Assembly: GCF_018350175.1 (NCBI RefSeq)
Contig: NC_058383.1
Coordinates: 27,158,001 to 27,222,000, forward strand
Length of the DNA: 64,000 bases
DNA from: Felis catus
Lineage: Eukaryota
Direction: 5' to 3'
A program made the position numbers and the translations under genes. Below the pieces are notes generated by a model. The model was not told the origin of the DNA. It worked only from the letters and a program-made list of their open reading frames with translations, and did no database searches. This document shows positions 61,012 to 64,000 of the stretch, piece after piece; within the stretch, counting starts at the first letter, position 1, and each line of letters starts with the position of its first letter.

Positions 61012-62201
61012 GTAGAAGGAGTACCCGGTATTATTTTCACCGAAGGGCATTCAACTCAGGCCTCCGACACTTCTCTGCTGAGTCACGTGCCGGTAAACAA
61101 AAGATTCTGGAAACTTCTTCCTCCACTCATTCATCCCTACACCCTATCAGCCAAGTGCCATCAAGAATATAAATGCACACCGCATGGACAGCTCAGACTA
61201 GGGTTGAAATGCAAGGGAGAAATGAACCTTTTCTTTTTAAATCTTTCCATTTAAAAGAGAGTAGAGTCCAGATACACGTTCACAACTGAAAACTCAAAAA
61301 AGTACAGATAAAACATTGAGGACGAATCCAAGGTTGTCTGCACCCTGCACAAAGGGGAACCAACACTTAAGGGGTTTGCTGCATATCCTTTCACACCTCT
61401 TACACACATCGCTCCTGTCTATCTCACCTAAATCCTAAAAAGTGGAAAAAAAAAATTAGGCTCATGACAGTGCTAACGTCACAGGATGGTAGATGAGATG
61501 AGCTAACATGAGCTAACAGAATGCTAAATGCCTCGGGCAGTGCCTGGCACATAGCGAGCACTCCCTAACTGCCTGTCCCTTGCAGGCACTGGAGGAAGTA
61601 ATACACACCAAGAAACACATGAGATCCGGTCAAGGGCACGAGGTCAGGTGCGGAAATACAATGAGTAACACTTCACACCTTTTGAACCATCCCCCACACC
61701 TTGCTGTGCTTATGAACACCTGTTATAGCCCCAACCTCTCCCTGTATCACAGCAAGACATCTGATTTGTCACTGGCCATCAGCACATAGAAGAGTCCCCA
61801 GTACAGGGCGGGAAGTGGGGAGAGACAGATGGTGGGAAGGAGAGAGGAAGGAATTTTAGATAGAGAAAACAGGAAGGTTGTTTTTGCAGAGCCTCCAAAG
61901 TCAATGTAACCAGTTAGAAACCTTTCAAATCATATTCAATTACAGTAATATTTGTGTCAATCTTAATCCCAATAGTCTGTGGAGAGAGAAAACGAACCTT
62001 ATGAATGGGATCACCTCGGATTCCACGTCAGCCCTGATTTTGTGTCTTTTACCCATTGCCATAATGACGATTGGCTAAAGCTATAACCAAAGGTAACTTG
62101 ATTTTTCCAAAGCTTTTCTTATACAAAACTTCAGAATTCAGACACTCCCAGAAGAAAAAATCTTTTGTGTTGATCAGGGGTTTGGAAAATAAGGTGGTCC
62201 C

Positions 62202-62416
62202 GGGGAGCCGGGGAGGCTCAGTCGGTTAAGCATCCGACTTCAGTTCAGGTCATGATCTCGCGGTTTATGGGTTCAAGCCCCACATCAGGCTCTGTGCTGT
62301 GACAGCTCAGAGCCTGGATCCTGCTTCCGGTTCTGTGTCTCCCTCTCTTTCTGACCCTCCCCCACTCACGCTCTGTTTCTGCCTCTCTCTCAAAACTAAA
62401 CAAACGTTAAAAAAAA
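62202..62416 (+). mobile_element. Can-SINE ~107 nt into intron 3, antisense to XYLT1
   Basis: ggggagccgggaggctcagtcggttaagcatccgacttcag. Confidence 0.93.
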
Positions 62417-62419
62417 TTA

Positions 62420-63157
<738 letters not shown>

Positions 63158-63447
63158 CTATGGGCTTAACTTAAGGTAGACTTTGCTCTCCGGACCTCAG
63201 TTTCCCCATCTGGAAATAGAAGGATGTTCCAACTAGGGACCAAGACTTTGAAAAATCTAAATGCTATGTCCATGGACCCCAATGCTTTGTAACTAACCGC
63301 GCCTCCCTTTCAAGTAAGTTTCCTTAATTGTTCTGCCCCTGGATCCTGGATATTCTGTTCTAGTTTCCTGCTTACATTCTAGCAGAGAGTGCTGTGATGG
63401 TTTATTTAAGGGCTCGGAATGTCATAAGAAAGTTATAAGGGGAGAAA

Positions 63448-63533
63448 ATATATTATATAATATATTTTATATATTATATATATATAAATATATGTATTTA
63501 TATTTATATATATATATAATATATTATATATAA
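63448..63533 (+). repeat. (TA)-rich low-complexity tract in intron 2
   Basis: atatattatataatatattttatatattatatatatataaatatatg... Confidence 0.9.
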
Positions 63534-64000
63534 TCTACTGCCTTTGGACATACTCAGAGGTCTACACCCATACGAGAAATGAGGTGGAGCCAGAGTGAAC
63601 TCTGAGGGAGGGACGTCCTGGCTGTTTTGGGGAGAAGCACCTGTTGCATTATGATCTTTACAATGAATCCCAGGCGGGGAGGTAAACCTGTAACACTCTC
63701 GTGTTTGGGCTCGACTCCTGATGTTTGTACCTGGAGCAGAACTGATTAAGTCACCCGGGTGTCAGGAGAAAGGCCAAGAGTCCTTCTGGAGACCATGCCT
63801 GCTAGGGATCTTTCCAGGAAGGCCCCCAACTCAGCTTCTCCGTGCCTAGGCGGGCCCTGGCCGTTTTGAGCTCATAGCAAATGTACCATTCAACGAACAC
63901 CCTGCATCATTTCCAAAACAAGTTGCTTCTGCGTAGAGCCCATTACCGAGGCCTTAACCTGAAAAGAGTACCCACTGTTCCAAAGCTAGACCCAGAGGGG

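Overview
This is mammalian genomic DNA, almost certainly from a cat-family (Felidae) genome, judged from about 30 tRNA-derived Can-SINEs (SINEC_Fc type) and a felid L1 3' end. The window lies wholly inside the xylosyltransferase I gene XYLT1, which is transcribed on the minus strand. It holds three coding exons matching human exons 3 (63031-62524, 508 nt), 4 (4568-4396, 173 nt) and 5 (3393-3191, 203 nt). All have GT-AG boundaries and join in frame. About 58 kb is intron 3, filled with Can-SINEs, MIRs, L1/L2/CR1 fragments, MaLR LTRs, hAT MITEs and microsatellites, plus several repeat-free, motif-rich stretches that may be enhancers. There is no prokaryotic-type system (CRISPR, operon, phage), and I cannot demonstrate a new biological system from sequence alone. 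The best lead is a CpG-rich intronic region (~9.95-10.6 kb). It contains a Kozak-context ATG, a 34-codon signal-peptide-like frame and a strong 5' splice site in exactly the phase needed to join exon 4. This may be an alternative first exon for a short XYLT1 isoform. Repeat family names and human protein comparisons come from memory of consensus sequences, and most repeat boundaries are approximate.
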